From Nemertoderma westbladi (lineage: Eukaryota; Animalia; Xenacoelomorpha): a stretch of 64,000 nucleotides of DNA. Position 1 is the stretch's first letter. Every line of letters begins with the position of its first letter. Below the pieces are notes generated by a model. That model was given only the letters and a program-made list of their open reading frames with translations. It had not been told where the DNA came from and did not search any database. Both the position numbers and the translations under genes were made by a program. Shown here piece by piece: positions 36,801 to 52,500 of the stretch. The stretch lies in contig JAUCBJ010006329.1 in NCBI GenBank assembly GCA_032718475.1, positions 62,001-126,000 on the forward strand, read 5' to 3'.

Positions 36801-39800
36801 ATTATATATTAACTTCAGCTCCAGTCTCTTTGGCAATACGATGAATCTATAATAAATATTCTAGAACACAACAATATTAACAGGGAGATAGGATACTTAT
36901 CTCTTCACTCTGAGAGCCTCAAAAAGGGGGTGTTCCGACGCAATCAAAATTCATCCATCTCCAGGGGAAAGACGAAGCAAAGACCAGCTGATTACTTCTA
37001 TAAATGTAAGTGTTACCTGCTCTTTTGACTTTCATTTAAGATTCTCTATCTCGTGGAGTGGGTTAGAAGTTATAAATATGAAAATCGATATGGTTTTTGA
37101 AAAAAATCAGAGGATATTTTGATAAATTATTGCTGAAAACCCCCAAGGATTTTGACATGGCTTTAATACTCATTATATTCATGAAATAGCTGAGAAATTT
37201 GAGGTGAATTATTGTATTACATATTAACTTTGGCTCCAGCCGCTTTGGCAATACGATGAAACTATAATAAATATTCTAGAACACAACAATATTAACAGGG
37301 AAATAGGCTACTTATCTCTTCATTCTTAGAGCCTCAAAAACGGGGTGTTCCGACGCAATCAAAATTCATCCATCTCCAGGGGAAAGACGAAGCAAAGAAT
37401 AGCTGATTACTTCTATAAATGTAAGTGTTACCTTTTCTTTAGACATTCGTTGAAGATTGTCGATCTCTTGGATTGGGTTAGAAGTCATGAATATGATAAT
37501 CGATGTCGTTTTTAGTAAAAAATCAGAGGAGATTTTAATAAATTATTGCTGAAAAACACCAAGGATTTTGACAAGGATTTAATACTCATTATATTCATGA
37601 AATAGCAGAGATATTTGAGGTGAATTATTGCATTACATATTAACTTTGGCTCCAGCCGCTTTGGCAATACGATGAAACTATAATAAATATTCTAGAACAC
37701 AACAATATTAACAGGGAGATAGGCTACTCATCTCTTCACTCTGACAGCCTCAAAAAGGGGGTGTTCCGACGCAATTAAAATTAATCCATTTCCAGGGGAA
37801 AGACGAAGCAAAGAACAGCTGATTACTTCTATAAATGTAAGTGTTACCTGTTCTTTTGACTTTCATTTAAGATTCGCTATCTCAAAGAGTGAGTTAGAAG
37901 TTATAAATATAAAAATCGATGTGGTTTTTAGTAAAAAATCAGAGGAGATTTTAATAAATTATTGCTGAAAAACACCAAGGATTTTGACAAGGATTTAATA
38001 CTCATTATATTCATGAAATAGCAGAGATATTTGAGGTGAATTATTGCATTACATATTAACTTTGGCTCCAGCCGCTTTGGCAATACGATGAAACTATAAT
38101 AAATATTCTAGAACACAACAATATTAACAGGGAGATAGGCTACTCATCTCTTCACTCTGACAGCCTCAAAAAGGGGGTGTTCCGACGCAATTAAAATTAA
38201 TCCATTTCCAGGGGAAAGACGAAGCAAAGAACAGCTGATTACTTCTATAAATGTAAGTGTTACCTGTTCTTTTGACTTTCATTTAAGATTCGCTATCTCA
38301 AAGAATGAGTTAGAAGTTATAAATATAAAAATCGATGTGGTTTTTGAAAAAAATCAAAGGATATTTTCATTAATTATTGCTGAAAAACACCAAGGATTTT
38401 GACATGGCTTTAATACTTCATTATGTTCATGAAATAGCTGAGATACTTGAGGTGAATTGTTGCATTATATATTAACTTCAGCTCCAGTCTCTTTGGCAAT
38501 ACGATGAATCTATAATAAATATTCTAGAACACAACAATATTAACAGGGAGATAGGATACTTATCTCTTCACTCTGAGAGCCTCAAAAAGGGGGTGTTCCG
38601 ACGCAATCAAAATTCATCCATCTCCAGGGGAAAGACGAAGCAAAGACCAGCTGATTACTTCTATAAATGTAAGTGTTACCTGCTCTTTTGACTTTCATTT
38701 AAGATTCTCTATCTCGTGGAGTGGGTTAGAAGTTATAAATATGAAAATCGATATGGTTTTTGAAAAAAATCAGAGGATATTTTGATAAATTATTGGTGAA
38801 AACCCCCAAGGATTTTGACATGGCTTTAATACTCATTATATTCATGAAATAGCTGAGAAATTTGAGGTGAATTATTGTATTACATATTAACTTTGGCTCC
38901 AGCCGCTTTGGCAATACGATGAAACTATAATAAATATTCTAGAACACAACAATATTAACAGGGAAATAGGCTACTTATCTCTTCATTCTTAGAGCCTCAA
39001 AAACGGGGTGTTCCGACTCAATCAAAATTCATCCATCTCCAGGGGAAAGACGAAGCAAAGAATAGCTGATTACTTCTATAAATGTAAGTGTTACCTTTTC
39101 TTTAGACATTCGTTGAAGATTGTCGATCTCTTGGATTGGGTTAGAAGTCATGAATATGATAATCGATGTCGTTTTTAGTAAAAAATCAGAGGAGATTTTA
39201 ATAAATTATTGCTGAAAAACACCAAGGATTTTGACAAGGATTTAATACTCATTATATTCATGAAATAGCAGAGATATTTGAGGTGAATTATTGCATTACA
39301 TGTTAACTTTGGCTCCAGCCGCTTTGGCAATACGATGAAACTATAATAAATATTCTAGAACACAACAATATTAACAGGGAGATAGGCTACTCATCTCTTC
39401 ACTCTGACAGCCTCAAAAAGGGGGTGTTCCGACGCAATTAAAATTAATCCATTTCCAGGGGAAAGACGAAGCAAAGAACAGCTGATTACTTCTATAAATG
39501 TAAGTGTTACCTGTTCTTTTGACTTTCATTTAAGATTCGCTATCTCAAAGAGTGAGTTAGAAGTTATAAATATAAAAATCGATGTGGTTTTTAGTAAAAA
39601 ATCAGAGGAGATTTTAATAAATTATTGCTGAAAAACACCAAGGATTTTGACAAGGATTTAATACTCATTATATTCATGAAATAGCAGAGATATTTGAGGT
39701 GAATTATTGCATTACATATTAACTTTGGCTCCAGCCGCTTTGGCAATACGATGAAACTATAATAAATATTCTAGAACACAACAATATTAACAGGGAGATA

Positions 39801-42800
39801 GGCTACTCATCTCTTCACTCTGACAGCCTCAAAAAGGGGGTGTTCCGACGCAATTAAAATTAATCCATTTCCAGGGGAAAGACGAAGCAAAGAACAGCTG
39901 ATTACTTCTATAAATGTAAGTGTTACCTGTTCTTTTGACTTTCATTTAAGATTCGCTATCTCAAAGAGTGAGTTAGAAGTTATAAATATAAAAATCGATG
40001 TGGTTTTTGAAAAAAATCAAAGGATATTTTGATTAATTATTGCTGAAAAACTCCAAGGATTTTGACATGGCTTTAATACTTCATTATGTTCATGAAATAG
40101 CTGAGATATTTGAGGTGAATTATTGTATTACATATTAACTTTGGCTCCAGCCGCTTTGGCAATATCATGAAACTTTAATAATATTCTAGAACACAACAAT
40201 ATTAACAGGGAGATAGGCTACTTATCTCTTCAATCTGAGAGCCTCAAAAACGGGGTGTTCCGACGCAATCAAAATTCATCCATCTCCAGGGGAAAGACGA
40301 AGCAAAGAACAGCTGATTACTTCTATAAATGTAAGTGTTACCTGCTCCTTTGACTTTCATTTAAGATTCTTTATCTTGTGGAGTGGGTTAGAAGATATGA
40401 ATATGAAAATCGATGTCGTTTTTTGTAAAAAATCTGAGGATCTTTTGATAAATTATTGCTGAAAAACCCCAAGGATTTTGACATGGCTTTAATACTTCAT
40501 TATGTTCATGAAAAAACTGAGATATTTGAGGTGAATTATTGCATTACATAATAACTTTAACTCCAGCCACTTTAGCAATACGATGAAACTATAATAAATA
40601 TTCTAGAACACAACAATATTAACATGGAGATAGGCTACTTATCTCTCCACTCAGACAGCCACAGATAGGGAGGCGTGTTTTGACTCAATCAAAATTCAAC
40701 CATCTCCAGGGGAAGACGAAGCAAATAACAGCTGATAACTTCTATAAATGTAAGTGTTACCTGTTTTTTGACTTTCATTTAAGATTCTTTATCTTGTGGA
40801 CTGGGATAGAAGTCATGAATATGAAAATCGATGTCGTTTTTTGTAAAAAATCAGAGGAGATTTTGATAAATTATTGCAGAAAAACACCAAGGATTTTGAC
40901 ATGGCTTTAATACTTCATTATGTTCATGAAAAAACTGAGATATTTGAGGTGAGTTATTGTATTACATATTAACTTCGGCTCCAGCCGCTTTGGTAATACG
41001 ATTAAACTATAATAAATATTCTAGAACACAACAATATTAACAGGGAGATAGGCTACTTATCTCTTCACTCTGAGAGCCTCAAGAACGGGGTGTTCCGACG
41101 CAATCAAATTTCATCCATCTCCTTGGGAAAGACAAAGCAAAGAACAGCTGATTATTTCTATAAATGTAAGTGTTACCTGTTCTTTTGACTTTCATTTAAG
41201 ATTCGCTATCTCATAGAGTGGGTTAGAAGTTATAAATATGAAAATCGTTGTGGTTTTTGAAAAAAATCAAAGGATATTTTGATTAATTATTGCTGAAAAA
41301 CACCAAGGATTTTGACATGGCTTTAATACTTCATTATGTTCATGAAAAAGCTGAGATATTTGAGGTGAATTATTGTTACATATAACTTCTCAGCCCTTGC
41401 AATACGATGAACTATAATAAATTTCTAGAACACAACAATATTAACAGGGAGATAGGCTACTTATCTCCTTCACTCTGAGAGCCTCAAAAACGGGGTGTTC
41501 CGACGCAATCAAAATTCATCCATCTCCAGGGGAAAGACGAAGCAAAGAACAGCTGATTACTTCTATAAATGTAAGTGTTACCTGCTCCTTTGACTTTCAT
41601 TTAAGATTCTTTATCTTGTGGAGTGGGTTAGAAGATATGAATATGAAAATCGATGTCGTTTTTTGTAAAAAATCTGAGGATCTTTTGATAAATTATTGCT
41701 GAAAAACCCCAAGGATTTTGACATGGCTTTAATACTTCATTATGTTCATGAAAAAACTGAGATATTTGAGGTGAATTATTGCATTACATAATAACTTTAA
41801 CTCCAGCAACTTTAGCAATACGATGAAACTATAATAAATATTCTAGAACACAACAATATTAACATGGAGATAGGCTACTTATCTCTCCACTCAGACAGCC
41901 ACAGATACGGAGGCGTGTTTTGACTCAATCAAAATTCAACCATCTCCAGGGGAAGACGAAGCAAATAACAGCTGATAACTTCTATAAATGTAAGTGTTAC
42001 CTGTTTGTTGACTTTCGTTTAAGATTCTTTATCTTGTGGACTGGGATAGAAGTCAAAAATATGAAAATCGACGTCGTTTTTTGTAAAAAATCGGAGGAGA
42101 TTTTGATAAATTATTGCAGAAAAACACCAAGGATTTTGACATGGCTTTAATACTTCATTATGTTCATGAAAAAGATGAGATATTTGAGGTGAGTTATTGT
42201 ATTACATATTAACTTCGGCTCCAGCCGCTTTTGTAATACGATTAAACTATAATAAATATTCTAGAACACAACAATATTAACAGGGAGATAGACTACTTAT
42301 CTCTTCACTCTGAGAGCCTCAAGAACGGGGTGTTCCGACGCAATCAAATTTCATCCATCTCCATGGGAAAGACGAAGCAAAGAACAGCTGATTATTTCTA
42401 TAAATGTAAGTGTTACCTGTTCTTTTGACTTTCATTTAAGATTCGCTATCTCATAGAGTGGGTTAGAAGTTATAAATATGAAAATCGTTGTGGTTTTTGA
42501 AAAAAATCAAAGGATATTTTGATTAATTATTGCTGAAAAACACCAAGGATTTTGACATGGCTTTAATACTTCATTATGTTCATGAAATAGCTGAGATATT
42601 TGAGGTGAATTATTGCATTACATAATAACTTTAACTGCAGCCACATTAGCAATACGATGAGACTATAATAAATATTCTAGAACACAACAATATTAACAGG
42701 GAGATAGGCTACTTATCTCTCCACTCTGAGAGCCTCAAAAAGGGGGTGTTCTGACGCTATCAAAATTCATCCATCTCCAGGGGAAAGACGAAGCAAAGAA

Positions 42801-45800
42801 TAGCTGATTACTTCTATAAATGTAAGTGTTACCTGTTCTTTAGACATTCGTTGAAGATTGTCGATCTCTTGGATTGGGTTAGAAGTCATGAATATGATAA
42901 TCGATGTCGTTTTTAGTAAAAAATCAGAGGAGATTTTAATAAATTATTGCTGAAAAACACCAAGGATTTTGACAAGGATTTAATACTCATTATATTCATG
43001 AAATAGCAGAGATATTTGAGGTGAATTATTGCATTACATATTAACTTTGGCTCCAGCCGCTTTGGCAATACGATGAAACTATAATAAATATTCTAGAACA
43101 CAACAATATTAACAGGGAGATAGGCTACTCATCTCTTCACTCTGACAGCCTCAAAAAGGGGGTGTTCCGACGCAATTAAAATTAATCCATTTCCAGGGGA
43201 AAGACGAAGCAAAGAACAGCTGATTACTTCTATAAATGTAAGTGTTACCTGTTCTTTTGACTTTCATTTAAGATTCGCTATCTCAAAGAGTGAGTTAGAA
43301 GTTATAAATATAAAAATCGATGTGGTTTTTGAAAAAAATCAAAGGATATTTTGATTAATTATTGCTGAAAAACTCCAAGGATTTTGACATGGCTTTAATA
43401 CTTCATTATGTTCATGAAATAGCTGAGATATTTGAGGTGAATTATTGTATTACATATTAACTTTGGCTCCAGCCGCTTTGGCAATATCATGAAACTTTAA
43501 TAATATTCTAGAACACAACAATATTAACAGGGAGATAGGCTACTTATCTCTTCAATCTGAGAGCCTCAAAAACGGGGTGTTCCGACGCAATCAAAATTCA
43601 TCCATCTCCAGGGGAAAGACGAAGCAAAGAACAGCTGATTACTTCTATAAATGTAAGTGTTACCTGCTCCTTTGACTTTCATTTAAGATTCTTTATCTTG
43701 TGGAGTGGGTTAGAAGATATGAATATGAAAATCGATGTCGTTTTTTGTAAAAAATCTGAGGATCTTTTGATAAATTATTGCTGAAAAACCCCAAGGATTT
43801 TGACATGGTTTTAATACTTCATTATGTTCATGAAAAAACTGAGATATTTGAGGTGAATTATTGCATTACATAATAACTTTAACTCCAGCCACTTTAGCAA
43901 TACGATGAAACTATAATAAATATTCTAGAACTCAACAATATTAACATGGAGATAGGCTACTTATCTCTCCACTCAGACAGCCACAGATAGGGAGGCGTGT
44001 TTTGACTCAATCAAAATTCAACCATCTCCAGGGGAAGACGAAGCAAATAACAGCTGATAACTTCTATAAATGTAAGTGTTACCTGTTTTTTGACTTTCAT
44101 TTAAGATTCTTTATCTTGTGGACTGGGATAGAAGTCATGAATATGAAAATCGATGTCGTTTTTTGTAAAAAATCGGAGGAGATTTTGATAAATTATTGCA
44201 GAAAAACACCAAGGATTTTGACATGGCTTTAATACTTCATTATGTTCATGAAAAAACTGAGATATTTGAGGTGAGTTATTGTATTACATATTAACTTCGG
44301 CTCCAGCCGCTTTGGTAATACGATTAAACTATAATAAATATTCTAGAACACAACAATATTAACAGGGAGATAGGCTACTTATCTCTTCACTCTGAGAGCC
44401 TCAAGAACGGGGTGTTCCGACGCAATCAAATTTCATCCATCTCCTTGGGAAAGACAAAGCAAAGAACAGCTGATTATTTCTATAAATGTAAGTGTTACCT
44501 GTTCTTTTGACTTTCATTTAAGATTCGCTATCTCATAGAGTGGGTTAGAAGTTATAAATATGAAAATCGTTGTGGTTTTTGAAAAAAATCAAAGGATATT
44601 TTGATTAATTATTGCTGAAAAACACCAAGGATTTTGACATGGCTTTAATACTTCATTATGTTCATGAAAAAGCTGAGATATTTGAGGTGAATTATTGCAT
44701 TACATAATAACTTTAACTGCAGCCACATTAGCAATACGATGAACTATAATAAATATTCTAGAACACAACAATATTAACAGGGAGATAGGCTACTTATCTC
44801 TTCAATCTGAGAGCCTCAAAAACGGGGTGTTCCGACGCAATCAAAATTCATCCATCTCCAGGGGAAAGACGAAGCAAAGAACAGCTGATTACTTCTATAA
44901 ATGTAAGTGTTACCTGCTCCTTTGACTTTCATTTAAGATTCTTTATCTTGTGGAGTGGGTTAGAAGATATGAATATGAAAATCGATGTCGTTTTTTGTAA
45001 AAAATCTGAGGATCTTTTGATAAATTATTGCTGAAAAACCCCAAGGATTTTGACATGGTTTTAATACTTCATTATGTTCATGAAAAAACTGAGATATTTG
45101 AGGTGAATTATTGCATTACATAATAACTTTAACTCCAGCCACTTTAGCAATACGATGAAACTATAATAAATATTCTAGAACTCAACAATATTAACATGGA
45201 GATAGGCTACTTATCTCTCCACTCAGACAGCCACAGATAGGGAGGCGTGTTTTGACTCAATCAAAATTCAACCATCTCCAGGGGAAGACGAAGCAAATAA
45301 CAGCTGATAACTTCTATAAATGTAAGTGTTACCTGTTTTTTGACTTTCATTTAAGATTCTTTATCTTGTGGACTGGGATAGAAGTCATGAATATGAAAAT
45401 CGATGTCGTTTTTTGTAAAAAATCGGAGGAGATTTTGATAAATTATTGCAGAAAAACACCAAGGATTTTGACATGGCTTTAATACTTCATTATGTTCATG
45501 AAAAAGATGAGATATTTGAGGTGAGTTATTGTATTACATATTAACTTCGGCTCCAGCCGCTTTTGTAATACGATTAAACTATAATAAATATTCTAGAACA
45601 CAACAATATTAACAGGGAGATAGACTACTTATCTCTTCACTCTGAGAGCCTCAAGAACGGGGTGTTCCGACGCAATCAAATTTCATCCATCTCCATGGGA
45701 AAGACGAAGCAAAGAACAGCTGATTATTTCTATAAATGTAAGTGTTACCTGTTCTTTTGACTTTCATTTAAGATTCGCTATCTCATAGAGTGGGTTAGAA

Positions 45801-47980
45801 GTTATAAATATGAAAATCGTTGTGGTTTTTGAAAAAAATCAAAGGATATTTTGATTAATTATTGCTGAAAAACACCAAGGATTTTGACATGGCTTTAATA
45901 CTTCATTATGTTCATGAAATAGCTGAGATATTTGAGGTGAATTATTGCATTACATAATAACTTTAACTGCAGCCACATTAGCAATACGATGAGACTATAA
46001 TAAATATTCTAGAACACAACAATATTAACAGGGAGATAGGCTACTTATCTCTCCACTCTGAGAGCCTCAAAAAGGGGGTGTTCTGACGCTATCAAAATTC
46101 ATCCATCTCCAGGGGAAAGACGAAGCAAAGAATAGCTGATTACTTCTATAAATGTAAGTGTTACCTGTTCTTTAGACATTCGTTGAAGATTGTCGATCTC
46201 TTGGATTGGGTTAGAAGTCATGAATATGATAATCGATGTCGTTTTTAGTAAAAAATCAGAGGAGATTTTAATAAATTATTGCTGAAAAACACCAAGGATT
46301 TTGACAAGGATTTAATACTCATTATATTCATGAAATAGCAGAGATATTTGAGGTGAATTATTGCATTACATATTAACTTTGGCTCCAGCCGCTTTGGCAA
46401 TACGATGAAACTATAATAAATATTCTAGAACACAACAATATTAACAGGGAGATAGGCTACTCATCTCTTCACTCTGACAGCCTCAAAAAGGGGGTGTTCC
46501 GACGCAATTAAAATTAATCCATTTCCAGGGGAAAGACGAAGCAAAGAACAGCTGATTACTTCTATAAATGTAAGTGTTACCTGTTCTTTTGACTTTCATT
46601 TAAGATTCGCTATCTCAAAGAGTGAGTTAGAAGTTATAAATATAAAAATCGATGTGGTTTTTGAAAAAAATCAAAGGATATTTTGATTAATTATTGCTGA
46701 AAAACTCCAAGGATTTTGACATGGCATTAATACTTCATTATGTTCATGAAATAGCTGAGATATTTGAGGTGAATTATTGTATTACATATTAACTTTGGCT
46801 CCAGCCGCTTTGGCAATATCATGAAACTTTAATAATATTCTATAACACAACAATATTAACAGGGAGATAGGCTACTTATCTCTTCAATCTGAGAGCCTCA
46901 AAAACGGGGTGTTCCGACGCAATCAAAATTCATCCATCTCCAGGGGAAAGACGAAGCAAAGAACAGCTGATTACTTCTATAAATGTAAGTGTTACCTGCT
47001 CCTTTGACTTTCATTTAAGATTCTTTATCTTGTGGAGTGGGTTAGAAGATATGAATATGAAAATCGATGTCGTTTTTTGTAAAAAATCTGAGGATCTTTT
47101 GATAAATTATTGCTGAAAAACCCCAAGGATTTTGACATGGTTTTAATACTTCATTATGTTCATGAAAAAACTGAGATATTTGAGGTGAATTATTGCATTA
47201 CATAATAACTTTAACTCCAGCCACTTTAGCAATACGATGAAACTATAATAAATATTCTAGAACTCAACAATATTAACATGGAGATAGGCTACTTATCTCT
47301 CCACTCAGACAGCCACAGATAGGGAGGCGTGTTTTGACTCAATCAAAATTCAACCATCTCCAGGGGAAGACGAAGCAAATAACAGCTGATAACTTCTATA
47401 AATGTAAGTGTTACCTGTTTTTTGACTTTCATTTAAGATTCTTTATCTTGTGGACTGGGATAGAAGTCATGAATATGAAAATCGATGTCGTTTTTTGTAA
47501 AAAATCGGAGGAGATTTTGATAAATTATTGCAGAAAAACACCAAGGATTTTGACATGGCTTTAATACTTCATTATGTTCATGAAAAAACTGAGATATTTG
47601 AGGTGAGTTATTGTATTACATATTAACTTCGGCTCCAGCCGCTTTGGTAATACGATTAAACTATAATAAATATTCTAGAACACAACAATATTAACAGGGA
47701 GATAGGCTACTTATCTCTTCACTCTGAGAGCCTCAAGAACGGGGTGTTCCGACGCAATCAAATTTCATCCATCTCCTTGGGAAAGACAAAGCAAAGAACA
47801 GCTGATTATTTCTATAAATGTAAGTGTTACCTGTTCTTTTGACTTTCATTTAAGATTCGCTATCTCATAGAGTGGGTTAGAAGTTATAAATATGAAAATC
47901 GTTGTGGTTTTTGAAAAAAATCAAAGGATATTTTGATTAATTATTGCTGAAAAACACCAAGGATTTTGACATGGCTTTAA
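27863..47980. repeat. ~416-bp tandem satellite (array segment 3) with higher-order repeats
   Basis: Same monomer. Marker ORFs recur at offsets 2487, 4569, 1663, 1250 and 3322-3332 bp (about 6-, 11-, 4-, 3- and 8-mers). Confidence 0.98.
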
Positions 47981-49533
47981 CCCTATTAGTACCGGGCTAT
48001 AAAATGTTGTACAAATACCGGGAGGGGGTCATATTGACCCCCCCCTTCTAAAATCTACAAATATTTACGAAAACGTCTGATTTTTTGTTTGTACGTAGGT
48101 ATCACTTGTCTGGATCCGACCGAAAAAAAAATTTTTCGAAAAAATGTACTGGGGTGGTTATATTGCAGCACCAAAATTACAAGTAGTGCACAATTTTCAC
48201 CAAATTTGAAAGTTACATTTTCGGCTAATTATTTTTCAATACAGGTTTTCTGGGGTGTAAAATACATTGGAAAATATTAAAAAATGATATGATTACTATA
48301 AATGGTTGTTTAGTCCTCTCTGCGTAGGAAAAAAATGAAAAAAACAAGTAACCAGCACTTTTCAGCTAGAACACAAAATTTTTAATTCACTTATACGATG
48401 CTATAAATTCACATTTTCAGGTTTTCGAGGGCGCTGATTCTAATGGAATACATTTCTAATATGCTAGATCATTGCTACTTGTATTTTTCGGCGTAATTTG
48501 GCAAATTTTGGTGCTAGCACCAAATTTCGTACCCATCACCAAAAAGTACAAGTTTGCGATGTCCAGTGCAGTTTTTATTGATTCCATCGGATTCAGGACC
48601 CTCATAAACCCGTATAACGCAAGAAACAAGGTGATACTATCTACTTATCAATTTGCATATTTTCCAAAATTTGGTGCTGGCACAACAATTTTCACCCACC
48701 GGCGAAAAATACAAGTTTGACAACTCTTATGAAATTTTTACTGATTCCATTGAATTCAGAACCATCACAAACCTGTATAACGCAAGAAACAAAGTGACAC
48801 AATCAATTGATATATTTGATGGTTTTCAAAATTTGGTGCTAGCACCACATTTTGCACCCACATCCGAAAAATACAAGTTTGAGATGTCTAGTTCGATAAT
48901 TATATTTTCCATTGAATTCAGAACAGCCATAAACCTCTAAAACGCAAGAAATAAATTGTCACAAGCAATTTTATCTATTGATTGGATTTTAAAAATTTCG
49001 TGCTAGCACCAAAATTTGCACACAGCACCGAAAAATACAAGTTTGATATGTTTGGTGCAACTCATATATATTTCTTCGAATCCAGAAACCCAAAAAACCC
49101 CAATTGCGTAAAAAACAAGTTTCAAACGATCAATTTACAAAATTGACTTATTTCAAAATTTGGTGCTGGCACCAAAATTTGGCACCCACCGAAAAAAACA
49201 AGTTTAAAATTTCTAAATCAATTTATATGAATTCCATCAAATTTCTATCACCAAAAAACCCGTGTAAATAAAAAATAGAGATGTTACAATTCATATTTAA
49301 TGAAATGTAATTTTCAAAAAACGTCTCAAAAAAAGTGCCAAAAGTAGGGTTAAAAAATGGCGCTATAACTCGAAAAGTACCCAATATTTTTGAAAACGGT
49401 TTTCACTACTAGGAAGACAATAGATTTTTAGGAAAAGTCATAAAATTTCAGATTCCCAACTGCGTTTGTTTCAGAATTATAATAAAAAAACCCCGGGAGG
49501 GGTCATATTGACCCCCCCCCGGGTTTAATAGGG
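47981..49533. mobile_element. Non-autonomous piggyBac-type DNA transposon, 1553 bp (copy 2, inverted relative to copy 1)
   Basis: TTAA at 47977-47980 and 49534-49537; ends CCCTATTAGTACCGGG...CCCGGGTTTAATAGGG; removal restores atggctTTAAtacttc; near-identical reverse complement of 430-1981. Confidence 0.93.
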
Positions 49534-52500
49534 TTAATACTTCATTATGTTCATGAAAAAGCTGAGATATTTGAGGTGAATTATTGCATTACATAATAAC
49601 TTTAACTGCAGCCACATTAGCAATACGATGAACTATAATAAATATTCTAGAACACAACAATATTAACAGGGAGATAGGCTACTTATCTCTTCAATCTGAG
49701 AGCCTCAAAAACGGGGTGTTCCGACGCAATCAAAATTCATCCATCTCCAGGGGAAAGACGAAGCAAAGAACAGCTGATTACTTCTATAAATGTAAGTGTT
49801 ACCTGCTCCTTTGACTTTCATTTAAGATTCTTTATCTTGTGGAGTGGGTTAGAAGATATGAATATGAAAATCGATGTCGTTTTTTGTAAAAAATCTGAGG
49901 ATCTTTTGATAAATTATTGCTGAAAAACCCCAAGGATTTTGACATGGTTTTAATACTTCATTATGTTCATGAAAAAACTGAGATATTTGAGGTGAATTAT
50001 TGCATTACATAATTACTTTAACTCCAGCCACTTTAGCAATACGATGAAACTATAATAAATATTCTAGAACTCAACAATATTAACATGGAGATAGGCTACT
50101 TATCTCTCCACTCAGACAGCCACAGATAGGGAGGCGTGTTTTGACTCAATCAAAATTCAACCATCTCCAGGGGAAGACGAAGCAAATAACAGCTGATAAC
50201 TTCTATAAATGTAAGTGTTACCTGTTTTTTGACTTTCATTTAAGATTCTTTATCTTGTGGACTGGGATAGAAGTCATGAATATGAAAATCGATGTCGTTT
50301 TTTGTAAAAAATCGGAGGAGATTTTGATAAATTATTGCAGAAAAACACCAAGGATTTTGACATGGCTTTAATACTTCATTATGTTCATGAAAAAACTGAG
50401 ATATTTGAGGTGAGTTATTGTATTACATATTAACTTCGGCTCCAGCCGCTTTGGTAATACGATTAAACTATAATAAATATTCTAGAACACAACAATATTA
50501 ACAGGGAGATAGGCTACTTATCTCTTCACTCTGAGAGCCTCAAGAACGGGGTGTTCCGACGCAATCAAATTTCATCCATCTCCTTGGGAAAGACAAAGCA
50601 AAGAACAGCTGATTATTTCTATAAATGTAAGTGTTACCTGTTCTTTTGACTTTCATTTAAGATTCGCTATCTCATAGAGTGGGTTAGAAGTTATAAATAT
50701 GAAAATCGTTGTGGTTTTTGAAAAAAATCAAAGGATATTTTGATTAATTATTGCTGAAAAACACCAAGGATTTTGACATGGCTTTAATACTTCATTATGT
50801 TCATGAAAAAGCTGAGATATTTGAGGTGAATTATTGCATTACATAATAACTTTAACTGCAGCCACATTAGCAATACGATGAAACTATAATAAATATTCTA
50901 GAACACAACAATATTAACAGGGAGATAGGCTACTTATCTCTTCAATCTGAGAGCCTCAAAAACGGGGTGTTCCGACGCAATCAAAATTCATCCATCTCCA
51001 GGGGAAAGACGAAGCAAAGAACAGCTGATTACTTCTATAAATGTAAGTATTACCTGCTCCTTTGACTTTCATTTAAGATTCTTTATCTTGTGGAGTGGGT
51101 TAGAAGATATGAATATGAAAATCGATGTCGTTTTTTGTAAAAAATCTGAGGATCTTTTGATAAATTATTGCTGAAAAACCCCAAGGATTTTGACATGGCT
51201 TTAATACTTCATTATGTTCATGAAAAAACTGAGATATTTGAGGTGAATTATTGCATTACATAATAACTTTAACTCCAGCAACTTTAGCAATACGATGAGA
51301 CTATAATAAATATTCTAGAACACAACAATATTAACAGGGAGATAGGCTACTTATCTCTCCACTCTGAGAGCCTCAAAAAGGGGGTGTTCTGACGCTATCA
51401 AAATTCATCCATCTCCTGGGGAAAGACGAAGCAAAGAACAGCTGATTACTTATATAAATGAAAGTGTTACCTGCTCCTTTGACTTTCATTTAAGATTCTT
51501 TATCTTTTACAGTGGGTTAGAAGTCATGAATATGAAAAACGATGTCGTTTTTTGTAAAAAATCTGAGGATATTTTGATAAATTATTGCTGAAAAACCCCA
51601 AGGATTTTGACATGGCTTTAATACTTCATTATGTTCATGAAAAAACTGAGATATTTGAGGTGAATTATTGCATTACATAATAACTTTAACTGCAGCCACA
51701 TTAGCAATACGATGAAACTATAATAAATATTCTAGAACCCAACAATATTAACAGAGAGGTAGGCTACTTATCTCTCCACTCTGAGAGCCTCAAAAAGGGG
51801 GTGTTCTGACGCTATCAAAATTCATCCATCTCCTGGGGAAAGACGTAGCAAAGAACAGCTGATTACTTCTATAAATGAAAGTGTTACCTGCTCCTTTGAC
51901 TTTCATTTAAGATTCTTTATCTTTTGGAGTGGGTTAGAAGTCATGAATATGAAAAACGATGTCGTTTTTTGTAAAAAAGCTGAAGATATTTTGATAAATT
52001 ATTGCTGAAAAAACCCAAGGATTTTGACATGGCTTTAATACTCATTATATTCATGAAATAGCTGAGATATTTGAGGTGAATTATTGCGTTACATATTAAC
52101 TTTGGCTCCAGCCGCTTTGGCAATACGATGAAACTATATTAAATATTCTAGAACACAACAATATTAACAGGGAGATAGGCTACTTATCTCTCCACTCTGA
52201 GAGCCTCAAAAAGGGGGTGTTCCGACGCAATCAAAATTCATCCATCTCCAGGGGAAAGACGAAGCAAAGAATAGCTGATTACTTCTATAAATTTAAGTGT
52301 TACCTGTTCTTTTGACTTTCATTTAAGATTGTTTATCTTGTGGAGTGGGTCAGAAATCATGAATATGAAAATCGATGTCGTTTTTTGTAAAAAATCTGAG
52401 GATATTTTGATAAATTATTGCTGAAAAACCCCAAGGATTTTGACATGGCTTTAATACTCATTATATTCATGAAAAAACTGAGATATTTGAAGTGAATTAT

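Noticed and set aside
430-49533. One giant 49-kb transposon with 1.55-kb terminal inverted repeats
   Set aside because: Each copy has its own two ends and its own TTAA duplication at a different monomer position, and the satellite continues in register and orientation across both.
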